Position numbers and translations under genes: made by a program | Notes under the pieces: generated by a model | Database searches by the model: none | The model's input: only the letters and a program-made list of their open reading frames with translations | What the model was told of the DNA's origin: nothing | Shown here: piece by piece, positions 1 through 13,460 of the stretch | Layout: each line of letters begins with the position of its first letter | Position numbering within the stretch: position 1 is the first letter of the stretch | From: Octopus sinensis | Lineage: Eukaryota | Assembly: GCF_006345805.1 (NCBI RefSeq) | Contig: NC_042999.1 | Coordinates: 11,842,001-11,906,000 of the forward strand | Length of the DNA stretch: 64,000 nucleotides | Direction of reading: 5' to 3'

Positions 1-345
1 TCAAAAGAATTAAAACAGTCACTAAGTTAAAACACAACCAGTCAAATAGTTGTCTGTCGCGGAAATCAGCTGCCCCCTGGACATCAATATGGTTAAAAAA
101 GTACAAGAGGATATCTATGGACCATTGATAAGGAGTGTGCAAATCCAGTACCCAAGATACGCTTTCAGTTTCATATCTATTATTATTGGAGCATCAGGAT
201 ACATACCAACCAATGTGGATCAGAGTATGGATGAACCTGGGTTCTTGGGAAGAGAATGTAAATCCTTAATTCATCTGCTACAACTGATCACGACATCTGG
301 GACAAAAAGGAATCTGTAAGACGTTATGATTTAAAGGACGATGAG
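1..345 (+). mobile_element. R4/Dong-like (RLE-endonuclease) LINE, 3' fragment
   Basis: ORF 50-319 (EISCPLDIN...YGPLIR...FISIIIGASGYIP) resembles an RLE endonuclease C-terminus. DNA is clearly paralogous to 12170-12553, including the shared end ttaaaggacgatg. Confidence 0.8.
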
Positions 346-394
346 CAAAAAGAAGATGTTTTCATTCAGAGTCAGGTGGCCAATCAAAATGAAC

Positions 395-1100
395 TCACAA
401 TTAAAAAGAGAAAAAGAACAGCTTCAAATGTGGAGTGCAAGAAAGAACCTGTGGAAGTGGTAGACCTAGGAAGACATGGGATGGGGTGGTGAAGCATGAC
501 CTTCAAACATTGGGCCTCACAGAGGCAATGACAGGAGACCGGGACCTTTGAAGATATGCTGTGATTTAGAGGTTCTGGCAGCTAAAGTGAGATCGCAGCC
601 AAGCATGTCTGGCCCTGTTAAGAATACTCCTGATGCATCAGGTGATATGATATGCTTGAGAAGACCTGTTGAGTCAAGTAAAACCAATATCGTAGCTGTG
701 GCCAGTTATCCCTGACTGGCTCCCGTGCCAGTGGCATGTAAAAAGCACCATCTGAACGTGGTCGATGCCAGGTCTGCCTGACTGGCTTCCGTGCTGGTGG
801 CACATAAAAAGCACCAACTGAACGTGGCCGATGCCAGTGCTCCCAGACAGGGTCCCGTGCCGGTGGTATATAAAAAGCACCACCCAAACGTGGTTGATGC
901 CAGGTCCACCTGACTGGCTCCTGTGCCGGTTGCACATAAAAAGCACTCATTACACTCTTGGTGTTAGGAAGAGCATCCAGCTGTAAAAACATTGCCAGAT
1001 CAGATTGGAGCCTGGTGCAGCTGCTGGCTCTCCAGACCTCAGTCAAACCATCCAAACCATGCCAGCATGGAAAACGGATGTTAAACGATGATGATGATGA
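395..1100 (+). mobile_element. RTE LINE 3' end with tandem-repeat 3' UTR and (GAT)n tail
   Basis: Translates as ...GSGRPRKTWDGVVKHDLQTLGLTEAMTGDRDL, an RTE C-terminus. About four ~60-bp units (gactggctcccgtgcc...aaaaagcacc) lie at 710-945 and the element ends ttaaacgatgatgatgatg. Confidence 0.75.
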
Positions 1101-1506
1101 TATATATTTTGTGCAGTGTTTTTCCATGGGATGAAGGAGCTAAAGTAGGCACTGCCTTGGGGCAACACATTTTAGTTATACCATTGTAAAGCCTCAATAA
1201 CTGGAGGAGAGTACACTCAGTAAAATTTGTAGTAGTTTTTTTTCTTGGTATTCTCTTACCACCATTGCCACTCAGCTCTCATAAAAAAAAAAAAATACAA
1301 GAATTCAGGTTTGTGTTAGCTCTGAAAGTCAGTGTGTTGATGGATACATACTCTTTGTCATTTAAATGTTATTTCTGAGTATTTAACTTGTTTTGAGATG
1401 AGGATAAGTTTACTCATGAGCTACAGAATTCAACATACTTGAGGCTAGAATAAGTTATTCTACCAAGATAGTATGCATATATAAATGTATATTTGTGTCT
1501 GTGTGT

Positions 1507-1542
<36 letters not shown>

Positions 1543-2344
1543 ATATAGTGATGATATAGTGATGTTTTTTTTTAATACAAGAGCACAAATATGATACACC
1601 CAATTTAAACATTTAAGATTTACAACGATCATTATTTATAACAGATGCGTGTTAAATATAAAATAGATAAGTACATCATCAACCAGCTTACCCAACAAAA
1701 ACATCATACACCAACTTTGTGGTGAGTTTTTTTTCTTGTTTTGTTCTTTTCATAAACAATTTATCCTCAAAACACTTCTTTGGAAACCACTCATTAATAA
1801 CAAACCTAATACAACTTTAAAGATGATGCTAGCAACCAATGTAATCTATCGTTCTTAATGTAGAAGTAACAGTTGTAAAACTGCAGGTTTCAAACTATTA
1901 CACAAACTACACAAACAGCAAAACATTGCCTTTAAACAATGCATCTCTAATATTTTAACTATCACTCCCTTTTCTTACAGGTTAACATGCAGTTTAGGGG
2001 TTAAAAAATGAAAGTGTATTGGTCGGGACTGATGACAGTGACATTCTATCATTTCATGTAATCAATCAATACTGAATTGGAAAGAACACAATCACTACTT
2101 CCCCAACAGTTATTTCTGTACAGTTCAATAGTGTTGCAGAATTATTACGTTGGTCCGTGCAACTGTGGTGGTTATCATGCTTTGACATGGAAGCCACTAA
2201 ATTGTTTTTCTTGGTGTGCCTCATCTGCTATTTCTGAAATATGATGACAAGGTACTATACATGTAGGTGTTTGTGGACACTGATAATGAGGGAGGTCTGT
2301 TAATTCAATTAAAGGATTTCACCTGTTCTCTTCATGAAACGATG

Positions 2345-2690
2345 GGATCATCATCATCATCGTTTAATGTCTGTTTTACATGCTGGCATTGGATGGACGG
2401 TTTGACTGAGGTCTGGAGAGCCAGTGGCTGCACCAGGCTCCAATCTGATCTGGCAGAGTTTCTACAGCTGGACGCCCTTACTAACCCCAACCACTCTGAG
2501 AGTGTAGTGGGTGATTTTTACGTGCCACCAGTACAGGAGCCAGTCAGGCGGGCCTGGCATTGATCACATTTGGACAGTGCTTTTTACGAGCCACCGGCAT
2601 GGGAGCCAGTCAGTAGGTACAGGCATTGGCGACATTCAGATGGTGCTTTTTACGTGCTACTGGAATGGGGGCCAGTCAGACGGCAAAAAA
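2345..2690 (-). mobile_element. Same RTE 3'-UTR family, inverted copy
   Basis: Reverse complement of 700-1100: starts catcatcatcatcgtttaa and carries the same ~60-bp units. Confidence 0.75.
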
Positions 2691-3230
2691 ACTTATTTCC
2701 AACAGGTTGATCACCGTTAAAAGACTACCTGTACATAAGTCATTCCATCAATATATTATACTAGTGGGACCCATGAATATTTCACGGAATTAATGGTAAA
2801 CTTATTAGGTTATTTCTGAAAAAATATTATTATCCAAAAAACCTGAAAGCATAATCTGTGTTGTGTTTGCATCAAAAGATAGTTGCTCATCTGCTAATCA
2901 TTGAAAAGTGAGGGAAATTGGAACCAGATGATTACTTAATGCACTTTATATACATTATGCATGATTTTACAGCACTCTCCGTCTTTCGTTCTCACTCTTC
3001 ACCTTACTCTCTTTTTCTCTCTCCTTTTCCTCTTGCTCTTTGCCTGACCCCTCAACTAACCACATAAAAATGTTACAGATGGGCTAAGTGACGGAGGGAA
3101 AAAACTTAGTTAAATATAAAAATTGCACATTTCACTCCCCACCACCTCTCCCTTTATTTCGTTTCTTTCTTCAACTAATCACATGAAAGCATTATGGACA
3201 GGCTAAGTAACAGAGGAACAAGCAGAATTA

Positions 3231-4061
3231 GGAGCTAATGCAGTTTCGCACCTCTCCTTGAAAAATGCATTATTTTTAAAGTAATTTTTTCGGATTCCTA
3301 TGTTTTAGATGTTGAAGATTATGAATATGCAAAAAAAAAAAAAAAATTTTATTTCATCCCCCACGCAAATTAAAATTTTTGATTTTGTTTACTTTAAATA
3401 GATTGTAGCAAATTGACGAACATATGCAAATCGAAATTAAATACAGACAAAAACATTAAAGCCAAAGAATTTGTGTTTTACTTGTGATTGCCTTAAATAA
3501 TCATAAATAATAATATAATGTAAAGTAAATATACACCAAATCCCCATGTGAGCCATTTTATGAGAAACAAACATTAATATTTAATAATTGTTATGAAGTT
3601 TAATAAGGGGCTCAAATTTCACCCCTTCCCCCAGTTTTAAATTTTGAAACTTTTTCATCCATTTATGTATTTGTCTGTCTATCTATTTATCCCTATCTGT
3701 TTATTCATAAAATATATTTGTCAATTAAATGTGGCGGTCCTATAGAAGATGGTGTTCTGTTGTTTTTAGCCCCTGGAAGACATTCATTTATATCTTTATA
3801 CACCTATCTATATGCTTGTTGAATTTAAAAGTTTCAAAACATGGTTTCTTGCATATACAGAATCTCTATCATCTAAAACATAGGGGAAAAAAATTTCGAA
3901 AAAGTTCAAAATTTTAAACAGGAGTGGGGAGTGGTGGTGGTGGTAATTTTTTTTTTTTTTGCATATTTGTAATCTCCGACATCTAAAACGTAGGAATCTG
4001 AAGAAAAACTTTTCAAAAAAATGCATTTTTCAAGGAGAGGTGTGAAACTTGATTAGCCCCC
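3231..4061. mobile_element. MITE with ~110-bp TIRs beginning GG and 8-bp TSD (Merlin/MULE-like)
   Basis: Left end ggagctaatgcagtttcgcacctctccttgaaaaatgcat pairs with right end atgcatttttcaaggagaggtgtgaaacttgattagcccc. cagaatta is present at both 3223-3230 and 4062-4069. Confidence 0.7.
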
Positions 4062-4104
4062 CAGAATTATAAGATAGAATTTCAAAACAACATTACAACC
4101 AATA

Positions 4105-4520
4105 AAACTGATTTCAAATTTTGGTACAAGGCCAGCGATTTTATTTTATTGGTCCCAAAAAGAAGAAAAGCAAAGCTGACCTTGGTGGAATTTGAACTCA
4201 GAACATAAAGATGGACAAAATGCTGTGAAGCATCTTGCCTGGCATGCAAACCATTCTGTGAGCTTGCTACCTAATTACAGCTAATAATATTACCAGATAA
4301 TTCACACAGGCAATGAAATTTGATATTACTTTCGAAAATTAAGATAATTGTTTATTTATTGATGATACTCTTTCTGACTCTTTACATTCTGTGTTCAAAT
4401 CATACTGTGGTTAACGTTGCCTTTCATCCACCCTGAGCCAATGGAATATAAAGTAGCTGCCAAGTACTGATGTTGATGATATCAACTAAACCCTTCTCTT
4501 TACAATTGCCAGCCTTATAC
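4105..4520. mobile_element. Two degenerate copies (minus, then plus) of the 'ttcaaat..ccgaggtcaactttgcctttcatcc' SINE family
   Basis: Shared motifs ctgagttcaaattccaccaaggtcagctttgc (reverse) and ttcaaatcatactgtggttaacgttgcctttcatcc. Same family recurs at 48230-48980. Confidence 0.55.
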
Positions 4521-6602
4521 TGAAATCAGAAGACTATTGTTGTTGTTGTTGCTGCTGTTATGATTGTGCCTAGCAAGCAGCTTTAGAATGTTATTTGTCA
4601 TATGACAGGTAACACGTCTACTTTTGCCACCATAGATATAGTATCAGAAAATATAGCAGACATACAATAATTATAATTTAACTTTTATCAAATTCTTGGT
4701 GTTTATATAAAATAATGAAATGGATACTAATTTTTAAAAGAAGAATATTCATTACATTAATATAAAATAAAACAAATTATTATTTTCCTGAATTTTATCA
4801 ACATAATCGCAATCCATACCATAGAAAAAATTCTACAAAGTACAAAATTCATATAAAAATTTTTTGAGGAAGTTATATGACTCATTCTGCACCTTTTATG
4901 TTAATTCTCTCTGTGTTTCCCTTTTACTTTCTCTCTCTCTCTCTCCTTTCTTTACAAAGTAAAGTAAGACTGGAGAAATCAACCAAGCAATATTTATATT
5001 GGCTATCATTATATAAACAGAGACCTATTTTAAAGTTAACATTTAAATAGAAATGATAAAAACTGCAAAATGCAACATCAATTGCCCCTACAACTACTTT
5101 GTCCCTAGTCCCATATAAAATTTTCTACAAAATACTTTAGGGTGCAGTACTACCCACTTTGAGAAGTACTGCTGTAGAATAATAACTAGACATCTATGGA
5201 TAATAGAATAGGAAAAACAGAGATTATGTTCATTTGCAATCCTGAGAGAATGTAATTCTGCAAGGCAGATAAAGAACTGCTTTTTGGTTCCTGGGGCACA
5301 GGGGTGGTTCCTTTCAAAATGCAAAGAGAGTTGAGGGGGTTTATTTTTGGAAGGGTCATGTCAGGTATACATGGACTCCTTAGCTTTCTGAGAAAAGAAA
5401 GGGTCCATGTACTAAATGACTCCCACTACCTCCCCAACTTATAGACCCTACTGTAGCAGTTTGTGGAAGTTTAAAATAGCATAATAGGAGAACATTGGTA
5501 AATAGTCCTATTTTGGATAATACTTCTATCTTTCTGGGTTTTTCCTTAAAGGTTTTGACATGTTTTGGCAGGGTACAAGTTGTACATATAATTACACAGA
5601 ATTGCTTTATATGTACAACAAAATGTTAAAAATAGAGTTTGAGTGTGACAAGCAACATTAAAGGTTTTACACCTCCATTGAAGTATGTGGCAACTCGACT
5701 GTGGATTCTTTCTTTTTTTTTTCATAATTATAGATTATTTAATACAAGCACTTCCCAAACAGGATAGAAGAAAATGGAAAAATGTGGTGGTGGTAGTAGT
5801 TCTCTTTGGCTGCCACTTTTCAATTTCTTCAATTTTTGTTCCAATTTATTTCATATTTGATGTGTTGATGTAGTTTTGTCTGGTAATCATTGACAGGAAA
5901 TTCATTTTCGCCATAAACCAATAAAGAGTTTATAACTTTCAAAATTTGCAAATTAAGGGTAATTTTAGCCAATCTAAAGCCATCAACGTTTCCATAGTAA
6001 CAAGCCGACCTATTACTAAGCTGCTTACCCACGTGGTAATTTTTCGCTTGTTAAATATTTAAAACACATGAGGTGTGAGGTGGTCGTGAGATGTGCTAAA
6101 AATGCTTGCAAAATTATCCTTAAATCGTGCACCAAATTTTAAAAAATGGTTTTTGCATGATCGTATGAATTCCCTAGAATCCAAATTCGCAAACATTTTC
6201 TGAAAATACCAAAAAGTTAAAAAAAAGTTATGAGGGGTTATATGACGTGCATAAAGCAGAATTCCGCCAAGTTTCATTTGTTTAGAGTTGACAACATGTG
6301 TAGTTATGCACAAAATAGCAGTTTTCAAATCCTGTTTTCTGACTGGGTAAAAATGATCAAACCTTAAACCTCTGTAACTTTAGGAAAAAATTTCTGGGAA
6401 AAGTGAATTAGTCTGCAAGGTTCAGCGTGGAGAATTACATCAATATACCAAGTTTGAAATTTTCACTAAACTTTAAAATTTCCACACGTGCAAGTAAACA
6501 GAAAAGATAGTAGTAGTAATCGTGCTGTTTATAATCACGAGATTGTTGTACCTATATTGTCTGTTACTTCTGAAAGGTGGAGATAAAAAAAAGAACTCTA
6601 AT

Positions 6603-6990
6603 GGCGCAGGCGTGGCTGTGTGGTAAGAAGTTTGCTTCCTAACTGCATGGTTCCGGTTTCAGTCTCACTGCATGGCACCTTGAGCAAGTGTCTTCTACTA
6701 TTGCCTTGGGCCAACCAAAGCCTTGTGAATGTATTTGGTAGATGGAAACTGAAAGAAGCCCGTCGTATATATGTTTGTGATTATATTTATGTGTGTGCAT
6801 CTTTATCTGTGTTTGTCCCCCGACCATTGCTTGACAACCGATGCTGGTATGTTTATGTCCCCGATAGAATAAGTACTAGGCTTACAAAGAATATCCTGGG
6901 GTCAATTTCTTCGACTAAAACCCTGTAAGGCGGTGCTCCAGCATGGCCGCAGTCAAACAACTGAGACGTGTAAAAAGAATAATAAAAGAA
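6603..6990 (+). mobile_element. tRNA-derived SINE (major family; internal microsatellite, RTE-type tail)
   Basis: Head ggcgcaggcgtggctgtgtggtaag with B-box-like ggttcagtc; tail ggcggtgctccagcatggccgcagtcaa. Confidence 0.85.
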
Positions 6991-7019
6991 ACAATACCGG
7001 GACTTGCAGTGTTCAATTA

Positions 7020-7150
7020 GAAAAATGTTGCTTGCAAGTTTCTGTCTACCACATTCACTCGCAAGTCATTGGTTGATCCAGAGCTGTACTTGTCCAACCA
7101 GAAGCCATATCGTTGCAAGGCATGTTTCTTAACCACACAACCACGTCTGC
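7020..7150 (-). mobile_element. Degenerate 5' half of major SINE
   Basis: Reverse complement aligns with the SINE head (gtggttgtgtggttaag...ccaatgacttgcgagtgaatgtggtagacagaaact). Confidence 0.6.
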
Positions 7151-7766
7151 TCCTGTGCGCGTGCGCATGATGAGAATGTTTCATCAAAAGTTGATTGTCA
7201 GTAGCGATCAGATAAAAAAAAAAAACGAAACAGTAGGCAGCTTGTCTTAAGACAATTGCGTTGAAGAAAGAATTGGGAGGGAGAAAAAGTGAGAGAGAGA
7301 GAGGGGGGGAGAGAGTGGGAGTCATAAAGGGGAAAGAAATTTGTCAATTTGCACTATTCATGTTTTATCATTCTGCCCAAGTAGATAAGGACGTTGTGAT
7401 AGTACATTGCCGCAAATGTTGATTGTTCAGTAAAATTTAGCTAGCAACAGTCAGTCATTGTAGCTACAGACGTGAAGGATAGCGTCATCAGTCTCTGCTT
7501 TCTTGATGACAATGCTTATATCAAGGCTGAATTTGGAACGAGTAGAGAAAATGGTAAATGGTTTGTTAAAGGCCTTCCAAAGCCTTTACTAGTTAGTTTA
7601 TTACTGACATCATTAGTCAATCTGATACATGTTCCAAAATCATCATTGGTCAATTTATTGCTGATGTCATCAATCTACGTATTCCAAAACTATTAGTCTA
7701 TCTGATACTTATTCCAAAACATCCACTTTTCAGCTTTTTGCTGATGACACCGCGTCTGAAGTAATA

Positions 7767-8153
7767 TCTTTGTATATGAAAGTGAGGTTGTGTGCTGTCT
7801 ATCTCCTACGATTTAGATTCCTAACTACTCCCACATTTTGCGGTGCAGTTTAACCAAAACCGGGTATCTTATAGTCGTGATTCATATCGATCCCTTCTGG
7901 GTATTAGCGCGCGTCTACGATGAGTCTACGATTTAAAAAAAAATTTACCATCAATTTTCCCCATTTTTAATGCACTTTTGGCATATATAAGGGAAGTAAC
8001 TCTCTAAAAATTTATTATTAAATCTCAGAACGTAAAAAGCTACAGTAACACCCCCCCCTTTGTGGTTAGCCATATTGAGATGGCTATTATACTTTACATC
8101 TCTAAAAATGCTTATATAGTTATTTCCCTTACAAACCCGAGCGATACTGCTAG
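7767..8153 (+). mobile_element. Non-autonomous Helitron
   Basis: Starts A|TC and ends CTAG|T (A7766/T8154). Body is the reverse complement of 17795-19320. Confidence 0.75.
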
Positions 8154-8229
8154 TATATTAATAATGAAATAGCTGTATATAGTGAGCAGGTGAAATCGGT
8201 TACTATTTATTGCAAATCTATCAATTATT

Positions 8230-8620
8230 AGAAATCAGGCGAAATAGCCAATGTTGGCGCCGATTGAATCTTGTTCATTCTACTGGATCGGCTGATGTTT
8301 GGTCGGTTTGATGAGGCAGCAGTAAGGTGGAAGTTGGTGAGGTAGTAAGATGCAAATTGCTTTCGATTCAAGCTGAGTCTTCTGTAGGCAGATGATGCTG
8401 ACAGAAATTCCCTCTCTTTTTGATAATAATATGGACGAAGCTCGTTGGTGATCTATTGAGAACTTTGAAACGTCCCGCGTACAGTAACTGAAGTGGAGCT
8501 CATATAGTATCGCTCCAAACGAAAACCTGTGTTTATTGTTGAAGACCAGATGGAATGTACATTGTTATATTCCGATCAAGACAAGCTACAGATCGCAGAG
8601 TTGGCAGAGGCTTTCCGTTG
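8230..8620 (-). mobile_element. Gypsy LTR retrotransposon integrase C-terminal remnant
   Basis: Minus strand reads PLQLLYAGRFKVLNRSPTSF, matching the GPY/F module (PLQxPYxGPFKVL). Frameshifted. Confidence 0.6.
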
Positions 8621-9019
8621 ATTGAATCATATGTTTGTGTTCGCACGCATGCGCGTGCAGGCTTGTGTGTGTGTGTGTGTGTGCGTGTGAGTGTGGCCAA
8701 TGATTGATAGACAGCTGCACCAATCCTACGGTGGCTGACATGTCGGACAAGCTTGATTTTAGAACCCTCACAAGTATTTTATAAAATGTTTGCAAGAACT
8801 AATTACCTACAAATGTAGGAACAAAGCGTTTATTACAAATATGAATGAAGTATTTATTTTCATTTTCTCTATTATGTCTAAGATTCCAAACACGTGATGT
8901 GACACCTTCCAAGAATATGACCACCTGGGCGAATGCTCGAGATGCTGCTACCTTCAGCCGGCCCCAATAGATAGATAGATGAATACATACATACAAACAC
9001 ACATACACATGTCTACATA

Positions 9020-9230
9020 GGGTCACCTCTGGTTTCTGTGGCGCAAAGAATTCCCCACTGGACGAGATGCAGGTCCGTAGCAGGATTTCTCATTTTTACC
9101 AGCTAAATGGACAGGAGCAACATGAAACGAAGTGTTTTGCTCATACGTCGTCCTATCCAGGAATCGAAACCACAATCTTACGATCATGAGTCTAACACCC
9201 TAACAGTTAAACCACACATCTTCAAACTGA
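9020..9230 (-). mobile_element. Second tRNA-derived SINE family ('gtgaaggcgcgtgg...ttagggtgtt' head), partial
   Basis: Reverse complement tgaagatgtgtggtttaactgttagggtgttagactcatgatcgtaagattgtggtttcgattcc. Related copies at 25290, 30453 and 40680. Confidence 0.65.
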
Positions 9231-9569
9231 GTATACATACCGTTAAGAAAAAGAGAACTCGATACGATATATAGAGTAACATTTACTTCGAGAATCGGTA
9301 AAACCAATAAATTACGGTGACTGGTCGTTTCATTTCATGATTCTTCAGGCCGCATAAATATTATTTTGTAAAAAAATGTGCTCTATCTCTTTTAGAACGA
9401 CTTTGTTTCTCCGTTTGTGCCCACTTCTTATACCATCGATTGATATTTAGTGCATTTTGTTGGTTAAGATTTATTTTCGATATTCGAGTCCATACGACTT
9501 TCACTTGGACTGAAAAATCGCAAGATGAAATCGCCAGTCGTCAAAATACATCTCTTCCCACACATACAT

Positions 9570-9577
9570 GTGTGTGC

Positions 9578-9608
<31 letters not shown>

Positions 9609-9684
9609 TGTATGTATGTATGTATGTATGTATGTATGTATGTATGTATGTATGTATGTATGTATGTATGTATGTATGTATGTA

Positions 9685-9721
<37 letters not shown>

Positions 9722-10195
9722 GTGTGTATGTATGTATGTGTGTGTGTATGTATGTATGTATGTATGTATGTGTGTGTATGTATGTATGTATGTGTGTATG
9801 TATGTATGTATGTATGTGTGTGTGTGTATGTATGTATGTATGTATGTATGTATGTATGTATGTATGTATGTATGTATGTATGTATGTATGTATGTATGTG
9901 TGTGTGTGTATGTATGTATGTATGTATGTGTGTATGTATGTATGTATGTATGTATGTATGTGTGTGTGTATGTATGTATGTATGTATGTGTGTGTATGTA
10001 TGTATGTATGTATGTATGTATGTATGTATGTATGTGTGTGTGTGTATGTATGTATGTATGTATGTATGTATGTGTGTGTGTGTGTGTATGTATGTATGTG
10101 TGTGTGTGTGTGTATGTATGTATGTGTATGTATGTATGTATGTATGTATGTATGTATGCATGCATGCATGCATGCATGCATGCATGCATGCATGC
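9570..10195 (+). repeat. Compound microsatellite (TATG)n/(TG)n ending in (CATG)n
   Basis: Read directly from the sequence; it explains six overlapping VCMY/HTYI pseudo-ORFs. Confidence 0.95.
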
Positions 10196-11635
10196 TTGCT
10201 TGTATTTGCATGTAAAGCACTGTGTACACAGACATTTTTATGCGCTCTATATGTGTAGATGTAGATCGGTGTATATACACATTCCCACACATTCTCACAC
10301 ACTGGACGTAGAGAATAGATAGATATCAACCAATGACATAGTATGCACCGAAGCAATACAGAAGGGCGGGTGGTGGTTGCGGTGTTGGGGGTAGTGGTAG
10401 GAGATAGAGGGAGGGAGGGAGCCAGTGATGTAGGTTTTTCAAAAAGATGTGACAGCTGACAGACACTATTGTAATAGACGAGATTCTCAATGCCAACAAT
10501 GTGTTTCGAATGACTTCTATCTTGAAACGAGAAAAAAATGGAACTATTTGCTGGATGCGCGCATACATACACATATATACACACACATAATCTCATATAA
10601 AAACATATGTACACACACACGCATGTACACATACAAGCATTTATGCACGCGCATACACACACACACACGCGCATGTATGTGTATGTATATATCTGTGTCG
10701 AGTTGAAGGCATTCTTTTGATATTTTCCGTGATAGTACGCCCCCGTTGTCATCGACACTCTTGTCATCATCGCCACCCCAGCCACCACCCTACTGACATA
10801 GTTTTCTTCGTCTTCTGCCGCCACCCCGTTTCCATCGTCGTTGTATTTCATCATGCCTATTGCCATTTTCATCTCGTGATTTCTTACTCTGAAAGCTTAA
10901 ACTCAGTTCGTCGGGCGATTGAACCTTCAACATCACCGAAACGTCAAGAATAATTGTATTTATTTGTGTTTGTGTCATATTTAAGAACTTTCTTTTAGTT
11001 TATTCTTCTGTCCTTTTACATGCTTTAATCATTGAACTGGACCATCCTGAGGCATCACCTTGAAGGGTTTAGTCGAACAAATCAGCCGCTGTACTAAGTC
11101 TTTTAAAGTTCTATCGGTGTCTTTTGCCGAACCACTAAGTTATGGGGACGCAAAAAACCCAAACAAAACAGCATTGGTTTTTAAACAGTGTGGAGGTAAG
11201 CACTAAGACGTCCTTGCTCCACCACACGCATGTACACGACGAGATTCCATCTACCAAATTCACTCACAAGGCGCTGGTCGATTCAGGGCTACGGCAGAAA
11301 ACAGTTGGCTAATGTGCCATGTAGAGGTGAACTCCGAATCATGTGATTGTGAAACAAACTTCTTAACCACATAAACCGTACCTCGTAAAAGTCAATAGAT
11401 AATGGCATGAGGCTGACACCGCGTTGTGATGAGAGTTACGATGCTCCCTTGCAAGTAAGGTATAAATAGTAACGATCAGAATTCGGACACACACACACAC
11501 GCACACACGCACACACGCACACATACATAGATACATACATACATACATAATGCATACATACATACATACATACATACATACATACACACATGCATACATG
11601 CATGCATGCACACATGCATACATGCATACATACAC

Positions 11636-12553
11636 TGAAATAACATCTGCAACATGAAAGAGACCAGTAACTATTTTACCCAAGTTTGTGACTACGAAAC
11701 CAACGACATAATTAGACTAACTAATGTACTTTGGAGAGGTATGAAATAAGAGCTGACACAGATCTCTCCCCAAGGAGCATGGGTAAAATCTATTTATCAG
11801 AACAACAGGAAAAAATGGACCAGTTCACTGAGAAGATAGTACATAAGTGCCTGGCACTCAAAACACAAGCCACAGAAGGGATTCGTCGTGTCAAGAGCTT
11901 GGCATGGAGTACCGACAAATTTATGACATCTCACTTTGAAGGCTACATCCATGCAATCCAAGCACAAAAGATCCTCACCATGTACCTACAGCACAAAAGG
12001 TAGAAAACATTGACAGACAACAATTTTAGGCTTGAATTAGATTGAAGACATCATCCACATTATTGCCAACAGTGAGAGAACGTCTCCCAGATATTATCTT
12101 CCCCTAAGGTATAATACGATGGCCAAAATACTAACAAACGAAGTTGACTATATTGAGAAAAGAATATTGGTGGAACTTGAAAAAATTAAAACAGCTACCA
12201 AGTTAAAACACAACCGGTCAGATATCGTTGTGTTGGACCACAAAGAAAAGATATGTTCTGTTGTGGAAATCAGCTGCCCCCGGAACATCAATGTGGTTAG
12301 AAAAATAGATGACGAACAGCACTTTTATGGACCATTGATAAGGAGTGTGCAAATCCAGTACCCAAGATACACTTTCAGCTTCATATCTATTATTACTATA
12401 AGAGCATCGGGACACATACCAAACCGTCTGGAGCAGAGTATGGAGGAATTTGAGATCTTGGGTAGAGAATGTAAATCCTTAATTCATATGCTACAAATGA
12501 TCATCTGGAAGTATAAAAATCTGCAAGACCTCCTTAAGATTTAAAGGACGATG
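11636..12553 (+). mobile_element. R4/Dong-like LINE, 5'-truncated, degenerate
   Basis: ORFs contain TSHFEGYIHAIQAQKI and KHNRSDIVVLDHKEKICSVVEISCP (RLE PD..E motif). Homologous to 33330-38100. Confidence 0.85.
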
Positions 12554-12675
12554 GTTAAAACAAAATACTTTCCTCCAAAACGTTGCTACCATGTAGATGG
12601 CCGGTTAAAGTTTACTCTAAAATTTAAAAGAGAAAGAAAACATGCACACACGCACGTACACACACACAGAGGTGT

Positions 12676-12947
12676 ATGTATGGTTGTATGTATGTATGTA
12701 TGTATGTATGTATGTATGTATGTATGTATGCATGCATGTATGTATGTATGTATGTATGTATGTATGTATGTATGTATGTATGTATGTATGTATGCATGCA
12801 TGCATGCATGCATGCATGTATGTATGTATGTATGTATGTATGTATGTATGTATGCATGCATGCATGCATGCATGTATGTATGTATGTATGTATGTATGTA
12901 TGTATGTATGTATGCATGCATGCATGCATGCATGTATGTATGTATGC
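12676..12947 (+). repeat. (TATG)n/(CATG)n alternating block microsatellite
   Basis: Read directly from the sequence. Confidence 0.95.
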
Positions 12948-13460
12948 TTGTTCTCTTTGTACTTTTCTGCATCCTCATGCCTTGTACTAACTTTAAATTT
13001 CATAGCTATATAATGCTATTAGACCTGTTAAACCGCCTGTGTTACTGCTGTTAATAGTTATCAATTAAAAATATTCACCGTAGATGATATTAACAATAGT
13101 AACATCTCTGTCTATCTATCCGTCTGTATGTTCTGTATGTATTGCAAGTCAGGTTGTACATAAAACAACAATTAAGTAGGTGATGTTTTTATTTATATAT
13201 CTATTATTATTTAGCTTCTGTAGATTCTACAATGGAACAGTGTCAGATATATTCTCGTGTTGATTTTACTGCAAAATCATCAGAATTTATTAAAATTTTC
13301 TAAACTAATGTAGTTTTGCATGTCAAAAAATAAAAAAGACCTATAAATCTTTTAAGTTTGGAAATTTTAGCCAACTGGAAGCCTCTATTTTTGTAATCTT
13401 TCCATTTTCTTATCAGTATTTGGAAATTGCAACTTCCTCTGTGTCAATAACAGCGACTTA

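Noticed and set aside
700-950. Four ~60-bp direct repeats, superficially array-like
   Set aside because: Not CRISPR: the DNA is eukaryotic, there are no unique spacers, and the units are part of an RTE 3' UTR also present at 2.5 kb.
1982-2002. 21-bp identity with the reverse complement of 14926-14946
   Set aside because: Probably a fragment of an old dispersed repeat, and too short to classify.
7020-7170. KPYRCKAC, which looks like a C2H2 zinc-finger linker
   Set aside because: No His pair follows, and the DNA is the reverse complement of a decayed SINE head.
9440-10872. Longest ORFs in the track (215-443 aa of VCMY/HTYI)
   Set aside because: They are stop-free translations of (TATG)n/(TG)n microsatellite. 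The same applies at 12.6, 16.6, 33.1, 50.0, 55.0 and 61-63 kb.
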